A DNA stretch of 64,000 nt, taken from contig JBMNLH010000007.1 of assembly GCA_050952625.1 (NCBI GenBank), positions 1 through 64,000 on the forward strand, given 5' to 3'. This document shows, one piece after another, positions 1-7,838 of the stretch (the first letter of the stretch is position 1; each line of letters begins with the position of its first letter). The position numbers and the translations under genes are program-made. The notes beneath the pieces were generated by a model. That model was not told where the DNA came from. It saw nothing but the letters and a program-made list of their open reading frames with translations, and did no database searches. The DNA is from Bacillota bacterium (GTDB taxonomy: Bacteria; Bacillota; Ch66; Ch109).

Positions 1-1285
1 TAATTTGAGTAAACTGCCTTAAATCAAGGGCTGCTGAAAGTCTGTAATCTTGCTCTCCTCTTTCACGATATTGACTTTTAATTGCACCGGGCATGAAAGG
101 CTTGGTATGTTGGTTTATAGTATTAAAATACCTCTCTATGATACCCTTCATGTCACCTCTGTAAGGGCTAGTATTTAATATTTTTATTCCAAATGCTGAT
201 ATTAAAGATTCTATGTTTTCCCCTTCCAATTCTCCTCTATCTGCAATAATTGCTTCAGGCAGGGTGCTGCAGTAATTCCACTCATCATTGCCAATCTCTA
301 TACCGTACTTCCTGCAAAAGGATACTTTGTCTGACGCAGCATTAATTAATGCGATACTGGCCCCAATCCAACTTGGACCTTCCAAAGATATATTAATTCC
401 TACGACACAACGTGAAAATACATCCATAACAGTATATATAACCGGCCTTCCTATAATCCAATTTCGATTATATTGGGATACTAAATAAACATCTCCTACT
501 GTTGCATCTATTTGAAATATTGCTCCCGGTCCAAATGCTTCTTCAGTAGAAGACCCTGTTAGCCCCCTATGTTTTAGTTCATATTGCTTTGCACTTTGTC
601 TAGTAGATACTTCTTTTTTAATGTTTCTCTCCTTATTAAACCAATACCTGAATTGTCTTAATGTAGGAATGGCATCCTTTACTATTCCATTTTCACTAAA
701 GTATTCTTTAATCATAAGTTCATAGGTTAATGTTAAAGTCTTTCTTGAAGAATTGTAATAAAACCTATTAAGTGCTGTATTAAAAATCTTTATCGTTTCG
801 GGGGTAATGACAAAAGTATTATTTTTCTCTTTGTTCCCTTGTTTCCCGCCACAATTATGATAATCAGGAAGTAAGGAGTTTTTGTGCATACCTCTCTGCC
901 AAAACCGTTTTAAATATCTCATTACAGTTGCTTCGTGGACATTATCAACATATTCTCTGACAAGTTTAGCCCTCTTTTCAGCAATGTAAATGTCAGGTTC
1001 AATAGTAACAATGTCTTTAATGGCATTGTAAGCCTTATCTCTTATGGCCTTATGTTTAGGCAGGATATCCTCTTCATCTTTAATAATCATATATGGTTCA
1101 TTATCTAAAACATATATAGTGCCATCATTTAACCCACTCTGAATAAAGGTTTCTGAAACTGTAACAGGCATTGAGTTACCATAAATATCAATTAAATAGA
1201 TGATATCTTTATAGTAATACAGAACTCGGTAATATATTTTACCCTGACTTGTTTCGTATAAGATTACACTATTGATTGGAAGCAT
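1..1285 (-). CDS. tnsB: Tn7-like DDE transposase TnsB, runs off the window at its 3' end
   Basis: Not in the ORF track (no stop in window). Hand translation from ATG 1285 (overlapping the tnsA stop) gives MLPINSVILY... and the motifs GPGAIFQIDATVGDVYLVS, IGRPVIYTVMDVFSRCVVG, PEAIIADRGE, PYRGDMKGIIERYF; both ends are in the same frame. Confidence 0.9.
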   Translation of the reverse strand, partial: MLPINSVILYETSQGKIYYRVLYYYKDIIYLIDIYGNSMPVTVSETFIQSGLNDGTIYVLDNEPYMIIKDEEDILPKHKAIRDKAYNAIKDIVTIEPDIYIAEKRAKLVREYVDNVHEATVMRYLKRFWQRGMHKNSLLPDYHNCGGKQGNKEKNNTFVITPETIKIFNTALNRFYYNSSRKTLTLTYELMIKEYFSENGIVKDAIPTLRQFRYWFNKERNIKKEVSTRQSAKQYELKHRGLTGSSTEEAFGPGAIFQIDATVGDVYLVSQYNRNWIIGRPVIYTVMDVFSRCVVGINISLEGPSWIGASIALINAASDKVSFCRKYGIEIGNDEWNYCSTLPEAIIADRGELEGENIESLISAFGIKILNTSPYRGDMKGIIERYFNTINQHTKPFMPGAIKSQYRERGEQDYRLSAALDLRQFTQI

Positions 1286-1688
1286 ACCTAGCACCCCAAT
1301 CAATAATAATTTTGGGACGACTTTTTGCTATATCTATTGATTCATTCATATCAATGTAAATATGTTTAGATGCTAGAAGGTATTTAAAAATGTATAACCC
1401 TGTTCCATCTGACACATCATTTTCTTTATCAAAATCAGAAGTTATTTTTCTAATTGAATATTTACTATCCCTAAATTTATCAATTAGAATGTTACAATAA
1501 TTCTCTAATGAATTTTCTGTTAAGCCTCTTTCTTCATAGGTATACAAACTTGAGTGTATCCACTCTATGTTTTTTGCCATTTTAGTAGGTATTTCTTTTT
1601 GGGTAATTATGCCAAAATCAATTTGTTTTGCTGCCCAATATCTTCTTTCTATTTCTAGTCTTTCCAGCACGGACTTTTTCCCTAACTC
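1269..1688 (-). pseudogene. tnsA: tnsA 3' fragment (after IS insertion)
   Basis: ELGKKSVLERLEIERRYWAAKQIDFGIITQKEIP...NIEWIH is the TnsA C-terminal signature; joins the 5' fragment in frame when the IS and one AACTC copy are removed. Confidence 0.9.
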
Positions 1689-1908
1689 GGCTTGAACCCC
1701 TATTATTGGAGAATATACACTTAAAGCTTAAGCTTACATGAAATATAACGTTTTACCTTGAGCAACCGCCCTTGACATGAGGGCCCCTGGTGTCCGTGTT
1801 TCTTAGGGCCCGCCAGGGCCCGCTGCAGCTAATGCTTTTGCGGCCCTTTGCCAGGGATAGGCTAACACGGACACCCTCCCCATGTAAAGGGTCTTCGATA
1901 AACGGTTG

Positions 1909-2871
1909 CTAGGCGACCATTTTCTTCTCTGTAATCTGGTTGCTCATAACAGCTTCATAATATTTAGCAGGTGCCATGTACCCTATGCTGCCATGCCGGC
2001 GACGATTGTTGTAATAATCCATGTATTCGCTGATGACTCTGTATGCATCTGTAAAGCTGGTAAACTCATTTCTGCTATAGCATTCATCTTCTAATATAGA
2101 ATGAAAGGACTCAATATAGGCGTTCATATTAGGACTTTTAACTGGTATTCTTTCGTGAGTTAATTTCCATTTCCAGCATGTCTCTTCAAATATTTTAGCG
2201 GTAAACTGCGGGCCATTATCAGTCCTTATTATTGGAAGTTCCATGCCAGGCTTTAAATTGCGTTTATTAAGCGAATTTATAAGTACTGCGCAGGCATCCT
2301 TAGCTGTAGCACTTAATCCAAGGTGATAGTCAATTACTGAACGGTCAAACACGTCTATAAGGGATAATTGGAAGAAGAACCTGCTCATACCCTCAATGTA
2401 ACCATACTTCAGGTCCATTTGCCAGTGTTGGTTAGGGGCAGTTACTTCATCTCGCTTTGCCAGTTTTCTCGGCCGGTCTAGATATATTTTTCTCTGAGGA
2501 CGCAATACGTTAAGTTCTTTACAGAGCCGGTATGTTTTCTTATGGTTTATGATAAGCTGGTAATCCTCTTTCAGGGTTGCGTTGATTTTTTTATAGCCAT
2601 AAGGGAAACCATCCCCGGTAACTATCTCTTTAATATATTCCTTAATTAATTCGTCAGAGATTTGCTCACCTTCTAGATTTAATGAGTACTCTGATATCTT
2701 GCGCCCCGGTTTCTCTTTTGGTGATTTCTGGTTAATAGCACTTATAGTTTCTTTGATTTTATGATAGTAGGTGGATGAAGCCAAGCCGACAGAGCTAAGG
2801 ACCAGAGAAGCTTTATAGCCCTTATCTATCCACCTTTTAGCTATGGTAACCCTGTCGGCTACCGAGGGTTT
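1909..2871 (-). CDS. IS3-family transposase OrfB (integrase core), probably reached by -1 frameshift from OrfA
   Basis: YGYKKI, INHKKTYRLC, PNQHWQMDLKY, IDVFDRSV, RTDNGPQF, NAYIESFHSILEDE, YYNNRRRHGSIGY. Frame is open upstream of the track start (2784) into the orfA end and is -1 relative to orfA. Confidence 0.9.
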   Translation of the reverse strand, partial: KPSVADRVTIAKRWIDKGYKASLVLSSVGLASSTYYHKIKETISAINQKSPKEKPGRKISEYSLNLEGEQISDELIKEYIKEIVTGDGFPYGYKKINATLKEDYQLIINHKKTYRLCKELNVLRPQRKIYLDRPRKLAKRDEVTAPNQHWQMDLKYGYIEGMSRFFFQLSLIDVFDRSVIDYHLGLSATAKDACAVLINSLNKRNLKPGMELPIIRTDNGPQFTAKIFEETCWKWKLTHERIPVKSPNMNAYIESFHSILEDECYSRNEFTSFTDAYRVISEYMDYYNNRRRHGSIGYMAPAKYYEAVMSNQITEKKMVA

Positions 2872-3170
2872 TGGATATCCCTTAACTCTCTTAAAATAGC
2901 CAACTCTAATTCTTTATCAGCCAGAAGGCGTTTTAGCCTGTCATTCTCAGTACTAACTTCTTTAAGCTGTTTTTCCAGAGCTTTTTGGCGGTCATCTTTA
3001 GCTTTAGGCAGTCTCTTTATGGAGCCGTTTTTTCGATATTTACTTAACCAAGTATGAATTGTATTGGCCGACATTTCATGTCTGCGAGCTACCAAGGCGA
3101 CGTTACCTGTTTCCTGGCACTCTTTTATAATTAATTCCTTGAATTCATCGCTGTATTGCTTGCTTTTCAT
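2859..3170 (-). CDS. IS3-family transposase OrfA (HTH plus leucine zipper)
   Basis: YSDEFKELII...VALVARRHEMSANTIHTW, then ENDRLKRLLADKELELAILRE; SD GGGGGT upstream. Confidence 0.9.
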   Translation of the reverse strand: MKSKQYSDEFKELIIKECQETGNVALVARRHEMSANTIHTWLSKYRKNGSIKRLPKAKDDRQKALEKQLKEVSTENDRLKRLLADKELELAILRELRDIQNPR

Positions 3171-3242
3171 GAAAATCTACCCCCTATTATTATGTTAACG
3201 TATTACACGTGCTTTCTCCAAATTTATTAGGGGGCTAGATAG

Positions 3243-3603
3243 AACTCACTCGATGATTTTACTGTCCTTGCAATATATTTGTGATTTCGTAAAGTTAGTA
3301 GAAATGTAGTTGTTAGTATATATGGAGGCTCTTTATTAATAAAAAACTCTTGCTTAAGGTCTTTATTGTCTTTTACTACCTCTGCTAAATCTAAAAGTGG
3401 ATAATGTTCTCTAATATCTACTATTTCATCATCCCATTCAAACATATAAAAACATCTGGTTTGAATATCTGAAAAGAAATGATGTATTCTGTTTGTCTTC
3501 CAGCCTTTTATGCGTGACACCCTACCATTTGACGGGAAGTCTTGTATGGATAACCAGGGCTTATAGGAGGTTAATTCTCCTGCACCACGATTTTCAGACA
3601 AGA
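3243..3603 (-). pseudogene. tnsA: tnsA 5' fragment, N-terminally truncated
   Basis: RGAGELTSYKPWLSIQDFPSNGRVSRIKGWKTNRIHHFFSD...VDIREHYPLL...TTTFLLT is the TnsA nuclease domain. Cut by the transposon end at 3604; in-frame stop at 3611-3613 and no RBS before TTG 3601. Confidence 0.85.
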
Positions 3604-3817
3604 TGTTCAGTTACAAATAAGTTTGCTCACGTAGTGACAAAGTTTGCTCGTGATGAAATGTAGTTGTTGCAAGGCTTCTCGCTGTTTCTTCCCTTGTAGT
3701 GACAAAGTTTGCTCTCGGGTTGCCTTTACTGAGAAAATATAAAAAAAGATATAAAAAATGAGAAAATGACAAGCGAGTTTGCTCGTGAGCAGTGAAGAAT
3801 GACAAAGTTTGCTCGTG
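3604..3817 (+). repeat. Tn7-like transposon end (left-end-like) with spaced TnsB-binding sites
   Basis: Starts TGT-N6-ACA (TGTTCAGTTACAAATAAGTTTGCTC); five direct copies of the AGTTTGCTC core ending at ~3628, 3649, 3714, 3784 and 3814. Confidence 0.8.
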
Positions 3818-3961
3818 GAAAAATAAGGACAGTGATACGCAGGGTATAACCTACGGGAGGAAATATCGAAACCACCTACACATACGAATTATACAGGCTT
3901 ACGAGGGATTACAACTGCGTCCGGATTTAATAATTTATACATTCTTATATGCTTTTTTACA

Positions 3962-4002
3962 CAACAAAAAACCGCCAAAGGGAATTCTCCCCCCTGACGG
4001 TT
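3962..4002 (-). terminator. Intrinsic terminator downstream of rpsI, inside the mini element
   Basis: Minus strand ACCGTCAGGGGG-loop-CCCTTTGGCGGT followed by TTTTTGTTGT. Confidence 0.7.
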
Positions 4003-4004
4003 GG

Positions 4005-4058
4005 CGCTTGCCATAAGCAAACTTTGTAAGTTTGAACAAACTCGAGTGTAAATAAACA
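4005..4058 (-). repeat. Tn7-like transposon end (right-end-like) abutting rpsI
   Basis: Minus strand TGTTTATTTACACTCGAGTTTGTTC-AAACTT-ACAAAGTTTGCTT: TGT-N6-ACA start and two adjacent sites matching the 3604-3817 motif. Confidence 0.75.
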
Positions 4059-4062
4059 CCAA

Positions 4063-4456
4063 TTAACGCTTGGAGAATTGAGGAGCCTTACGCGCCTTTT
4101 TCAGACCGTATTTACGCCGCTCCTTCATTCGCGGGTCACGAACCAGGAAACCGGCTTTTTTCAAGACTGGCCGATATTCTCCATCTGCTTGGGTCAGGGG
4201 CCCGCGCAATTCCCAACCGAACGGCTCCCGCTTGGCCGGTAGTTCCGCCCCCGTGAACCCGGGCTAATACATCAAATTTCCCCTGCGCATTGGTAATTTT
4301 TAAGGGCGATTGAACTAACATTTCTAAAGTTTTCTTGCCAAAGTATTCGTCTACCTGCCGCTCATTTATTAATATCTTGCCGGTGCCGGGTACCAGACGC
4401 ACCCGAGCAACTGAAGTTTTACGCCGACCAGTACCATAAAACTGTACCTGTGCCAT
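4063..4456 (-). CDS. rpsI: 30S ribosomal protein S9, with apparent 1-nt insertion at 4197-4200
   Basis: [19 protein letters not shown]...GIARA; removing one G from GGGG restores [44 protein letters not shown]-stop (130 aa). Confidence 0.95.
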
Positions 4457-4483
4457 GTCTGCTTTTCCTCCCTTCCTACCCAA

Positions 4484-4921
4484 CTAACATCCACGGGTTT
4501 CCCATATTTCAGGCTTTTGCGCTTGATGCGGATGATTAGGTCCCCGATAAACCTTTAATTTTTTAATCATTTGCCGTCCCAACCGGTTATGCGGAATCAT
4601 TCCTTTAACGGCAATCTCCACGACCCGTTCCGGCCGATTCTGCATCAGGGTTCGGTAGTCGATTGACTTCAACCCCCCGGGGTAGCCGGTGTGGTATCGA
4701 AATTTCTTGTCCTTGAGTTTATTGCCGGTTAGCCTAATCTTTTCAGCATTGATCACAATCACATGGTCACCGGTATCGACAAAGGGAGTATATATTGGTT
4801 TATGCTTGCCTCTTAAAAGTGTCGCTATTTCCGTTGCCAGCCTTCCCAGGGTTTTATCCGCAGCATCTATCACGTACCATTTGCGGTCTATTTCCCCTGG
4901 CTTGGCCATATAGGTTTTCAT
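4484..4921 (-). CDS. rplM: 50S ribosomal protein L13
   Basis: RKWYVIDA...LGRLATEIA...[11 protein letters not shown]; SD GAGGAGG before ATG 4921. Confidence 0.98.
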   Translation of the reverse strand: MKTYMAKPGEIDRKWYVIDAADKTLGRLATEIATLLRGKHKPIYTPFVDTGDHVIVINAEKIRLTGNKLKDKKFRYHTGYPGGLKSIDYRTLMQNRPERVVEIAVKGMIPHNRLGRQMIKKLKVYRGPNHPHQAQKPEIWETRGC

Positions 4922-4984
4922 GGCCAATCCTCCTCAATTCGTTTAGATCTTTCTTACTTAAGTACTTTGATTGTAGATCTATAG

Positions 4985-5060
4985 AATTAACAATCTGTAT
5001 CTGCTGCTGACTCGTTCGGACCCGGGGCTCTGGGGTGACCGCTCAGCACGCAAAATCACA
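4985..5060 (-). promoter_or_regulatory. Probable L13 leader RNA
   Basis: 5' UTR of rplM containing CACCCCAGAGCCCCGG, resembling the Firmicute L13-leader core; boundaries approximate. Confidence 0.5.
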
Positions 5061-5066
5061 TGAATC

Positions 5067-5096
5067 ATTATACGATAAGCCTTCCAGCCGTGTCAA
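5067..5096 (-). promoter_or_regulatory. SigA promoter of rplM-rpsI
   Basis: TTGACA-N18-TATAAT on the minus strand. Confidence 0.8.
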
Positions 5097-5154
5097 GAAA
5101 CAACCTAACGCTTTTTAGCGACCCCCTGCTGCTTAACGACACATCTCTTCAAAC

Positions 5155-5314
5155 CTTAGTAACCTACCTTAACCAAGTAAAGACGATGCCCATATTACGC
5201 CCCGCGTGCCTGTTTCACGTTGCTTCATGTCCTCGCTTGTGTAGAACGGGGCATCATATTACGCCCCGCGTGCCTGTTTCACTGCTTAGTAACCTACCTT
5301 AACCAAGTAAAGAC
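5155..5314. repeat. 30-bp direct duplication of the truA 3' end enclosing two 28-bp direct repeats
   Basis: CTTAGTAACCTACCTTAACCAAGTAAAGAC at 5155-5184 and 5285-5314; CATATTACGCCCCGCGTGCCTGTTTCAC at 5191-5218 and 5255-5282. Confidence 0.95.
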
Positions 5315-6029
5315 CCTGCGGAGGCGCGGTTGGCCCAGCTTGATTTCGATCCAGACTGGCCAATATCCCCGGTATATCCCCGGCTTTTCGTTCTCCTCGG
5401 CCTACCTGAAGTAGTGTGCCGACCATATTGCGGACCATGTGGTATAAAAAACCGTCCGCGGTCACCTCAATAATCAAATTCGCATCTACCATTCGAATAC
5501 GACAAGAAACAACTGTGCGGACAAAATTCCTCACTTCCGCTCCGCTGGCACAGAAGGCCTGGAAACTATGCGTCCCGATCAGGTGTCGGACCGCTGCCTG
5601 CATTGCGCCAATATCAAGGGTAAACGGCAGCAGCAGGGAGTAATTGCGCCAAAACACCGCGCCCTTTGGATCGGTCCGAATAATATAACGGTAGGTTTTC
5701 CAACGGGCTGAAAAACGGGCATGAAAATCTTCCGCTACCTCTTCAGCCGATCGGACGCGCAAATCAGCCGGCAGACAACTGTTGAGGGCTATCGAAAAAC
5801 GCTCAATTGGAATTGTCGAGGCAGTCGAAAAACTGACAACCTGGCCTAGCGCATGGACACCGGCATCTGTTCGCCCAGCCCCGATGATTTTGGTTTCTGT
5901 TTTCGTTAACTGCGCAATGGCTTTCTCTAATTCGCCTTGTACGGTTCGCAATCCTGGCTGAACTTGAAACCCCCGGAAGTTAGTCCCGTCATACTCGATA
6001 ATGACTTTAAGTTTGCGCAAAGCCAACAA
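5286..6029 (-). CDS. truA: tRNA pseudouridine(38-40) synthase
   Basis: EYDGTNFRGFQ, GAGRTDAGVHA, FHARFSA, FLYHMVR, TAPPQGLYL. Confidence 0.97.
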   Translation of the reverse strand: MLALRKLKVIIEYDGTNFRGFQVQPGLRTVQGELEKAIAQLTKTETKIIGAGRTDAGVHALGQVVSFSTASTIPIERFSIALNSCLPADLRVRSAEEVAEDFHARFSARWKTYRYIIRTDPKGAVFWRNYSLLLPFTLDIGAMQAAVRHLIGTHSFQAFCASGAEVRNFVRTVVSCRIRMVDANLIIEVTADGFLYHMVRNMVGTLLQVGRGERKAGDIPGILASLDRNQAGPTAPPQGLYLVKVGY

Positions 6030-6053
6030 CCTCTTTTATTTCGCTATTAATCA

Positions 6054-6842
6054 CTATACATAAAAAGAACAAATTAAAACAACAAGGCCTACCGCCAGCG
6101 TCACGTAGTCGGACTTGCCTATCCGCCACTGCCTGAGCCGAGTGCGATTCTTTCCGCCCTGATAACAGCGGGCTTCCATCGCTAGAGCTAACTCGTCAGC
6201 CCGGCGAAAAGCACTTATTAATAAGGGTACGAGGATGGCAACCAGGTTACGCATTCGTTTAAGCAGCCGGCCACTGTCAAAATCAGCTCCCCGGGCTTTT
6301 TGGGCTTTAACGATTTTTTCCGCCTCTTCCGCAAAAATAGGGATAAATCTTAAGGCAATCGTCATCATCATCGCTAGTTCATGGGCCGGGACCCGGAAAC
6401 GTTCCAGCGGTTTCATAAGACTCTCCAGCCCATCTGTCAAGGCAACTGGTGAGGTAGTCAGGGTTAAAAACGAAGTAACGATGATCAGAGCTCCTAAGCG
6501 ATAGGTTAACAGACCAGCCTGCAGGATTCCTTGCCGAGTAATCGTGAAGGGACCCAAATAATACAGAACGTCTCCCGGGGTTAGCAAAATTTGTAAAGGG
6601 AGGGCGATAATCATAATTAAGGCCAGAGGCCGGAGGCCCCTTAGCAGCATGATCCCCGGCAAATGAGACAGCCAATAAACGGTCCCCAATAACATCGCTA
6701 ATCCCGCCAACCCAAGCCAATTATTGATTAAAAAAATGGCAATCATTAAAAGCGTGGTGACGATTATTTTAATTCTGGGGTCGAGGTGGTGAATGATCGA
6801 GTCACCGGGCAAGTATTGCCCTACGGTTATATCCCTGAGCAA
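6054..6842 (-). CDS. ecfT: ECF transporter transmembrane T component
   Basis: Hydrophobic; LDPRIK, ALRFIP, AQKARG, AMEARCY. Confidence 0.95.
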   Translation of the reverse strand: MLRDITVGQYLPGDSIIHHLDPRIKIIVTTLLMIAIFLINNWLGLAGLAMLLGTVYWLSHLPGIMLLRGLRPLALIMIIALPLQILLTPGDVLYYLGPFTITRQGILQAGLLTYRLGALIIVTSFLTLTTSPVALTDGLESLMKPLERFRVPAHELAMMMTIALRFIPIFAEEAEKIVKAQKARGADFDSGRLLKRMRNLVAILVPLLISAFRRADELALAMEARCYQGGKNRTRLRQWRIGKSDYVTLAVGLVVLICSFYV

Positions 6843-6856
6843 TCGATCCCCCCCTA

Positions 6857-7729
6857 TCAGGCACTTTCGGCCTGTTTACTTAACCAATACTCAGCAATCT
6901 GCTGCGCTGCCTCTTTCTCGGTAACCGCTGCCAGCGATACCGGCCAGCCCTTTTCCCGAAGTCGGCTTAATAGATCGGTTAGCAGCGGCACGCCCAGCCC
7001 TATCTGGCGAAGAATTTCCGCCTGCTCAAAAACTTGGGCTGGCGGAGCATCAAGAACAATTTTTCCCTGGTGCATGACGATCAACCGATTAGCCAGCCTG
7101 GCCAATTCATCCAAATGATGGCTGACCAGGATTACCGTGAGGGATAATTTCCGCCAGAGACATCGGATTTGGTTTAACAGGGAGTCTCTCCCCTGCGGGT
7201 CTAAACCGGCTGTCGGTTCATCCAGAATCAAGATTTGCGGCCGCATCGCCAACACACCGGCTATCGCCACGCGGCGCATTTGACCACCGCTTAAATTAAA
7301 CGGTGACCGACGGTAAATTTCTTCATAGTTTAAACCCACCGCTTCCAGGGCCCAACGAACTCGGCTGGCTATCTTTTCCTCCGGTGTCCCCATATTTCGA
7401 GGGCCAAAGGCTACGTCGTCAAAGACTGTTTCCTCAAACAACTGCTCTTCCGGAAATTGAAAGACCAGGCCAACCTTTTGCCTCAGCTGCCGCATTTGCT
7501 CACCTTTAGCTTCATTTAGAATAAGCCCATCAATCTGAATCCGGCCGGAAGTTGGCTTGAGCAATCCATTAAGATGCTGAATCAGCGTTGACTTTCCTGA
7601 ACCTGTCGGTCCGATTAAGCCAACAATTTCTTTTTTCTCTATCGTCAGGTTAACTTGGTCTAACGCCTGAGTCGCGTAAGGCGTCCCGGGCATATAGGTA
7701 TGGCTTAAGTTTTCAATAATTAATGACAT
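6857..7729 (-). CDS. ecfA2: ECF transporter ATPase A2
   Basis: GPTGSGKST, FQFPEEQLFEETV, LSGGQMRRVAIAG, LDEPTAGLDP. Confidence 0.95.
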   Translation of the reverse strand: MSLIIENLSHTYMPGTPYATQALDQVNLTIEKKEIVGLIGPTGSGKSTLIQHLNGLLKPTSGRIQIDGLILNEAKGEQMRQLRQKVGLVFQFPEEQLFEETVFDDVAFGPRNMGTPEEKIASRVRWALEAVGLNYEEIYRRSPFNLSGGQMRRVAIAGVLAMRPQILILDEPTAGLDPQGRDSLLNQIRCLWRKLSLTVILVSHHLDELARLANRLIVMHQGKIVLDAPPAQVFEQAEILRQIGLGVPLLTDLLSRLREKGWPVSLAAVTEKEAAQQIAEYWLSKQAESA

Positions 7730-7838
7730 GAATCCCTCTCCTCGTTAACCCAATACTAACACTAGTTAACAATTTGGTAAAGAGCAGAGTCAAAGACATT
7801 AAAACACAAACGATTACCCATAATCTTAACCGGTACAA

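Larger units (their letters stand above)
1689..3242 (-). mobile_element. IS3-family insertion sequence (~1.55 kb) inserted in tnsA
   Basis: Flanked by direct repeat AACTC (1684-1688, 3243-3247); imperfect terminal IRs (ACCCCTATTATTGGAGAA vs GCCCCCTAATAAATTTGGAGAA); contains orfA and orfB. Confidence 0.9.
3604..4058. mobile_element. Gene-less mini-Tn7-like unit with two inward-facing ends
   Basis: TGT at 3604 and ACA at 4056-4058 with inverted copies of the same binding-site motif; no credible ORF inside; 5-bp flanks differ (CAAGA vs CCAAT). Confidence 0.65.

Noticed and set aside
3604-3817. AGTTTGCTC repeats as a CRISPR array
   Set aside because: Units are short and irregularly spaced, follow a TGT terminus and have inverted counterparts at 4013-4050; TnsB-binding sites fit better.
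3611-4016. ORFs 3611-3805 (-) and 3792-4016 (+)
   Set aside because: They translate transposon-end repeats and a terminator; no recognisable protein features.
4136-4483. 115-aa S9 with a novel C-terminus as given in the ORF track
   Set aside because: Product of a 1-nt frameshift; the canonical tail is intact in the adjacent frame.
5191-5282. Confident call of a CAST homing mini-array
   Set aside because: The repeat is not a type I recognise, no cas genes are in the window, the spacer does not match rpsI by eye, and the spacer base-pairs with the repeat. Kept only as an open finding.
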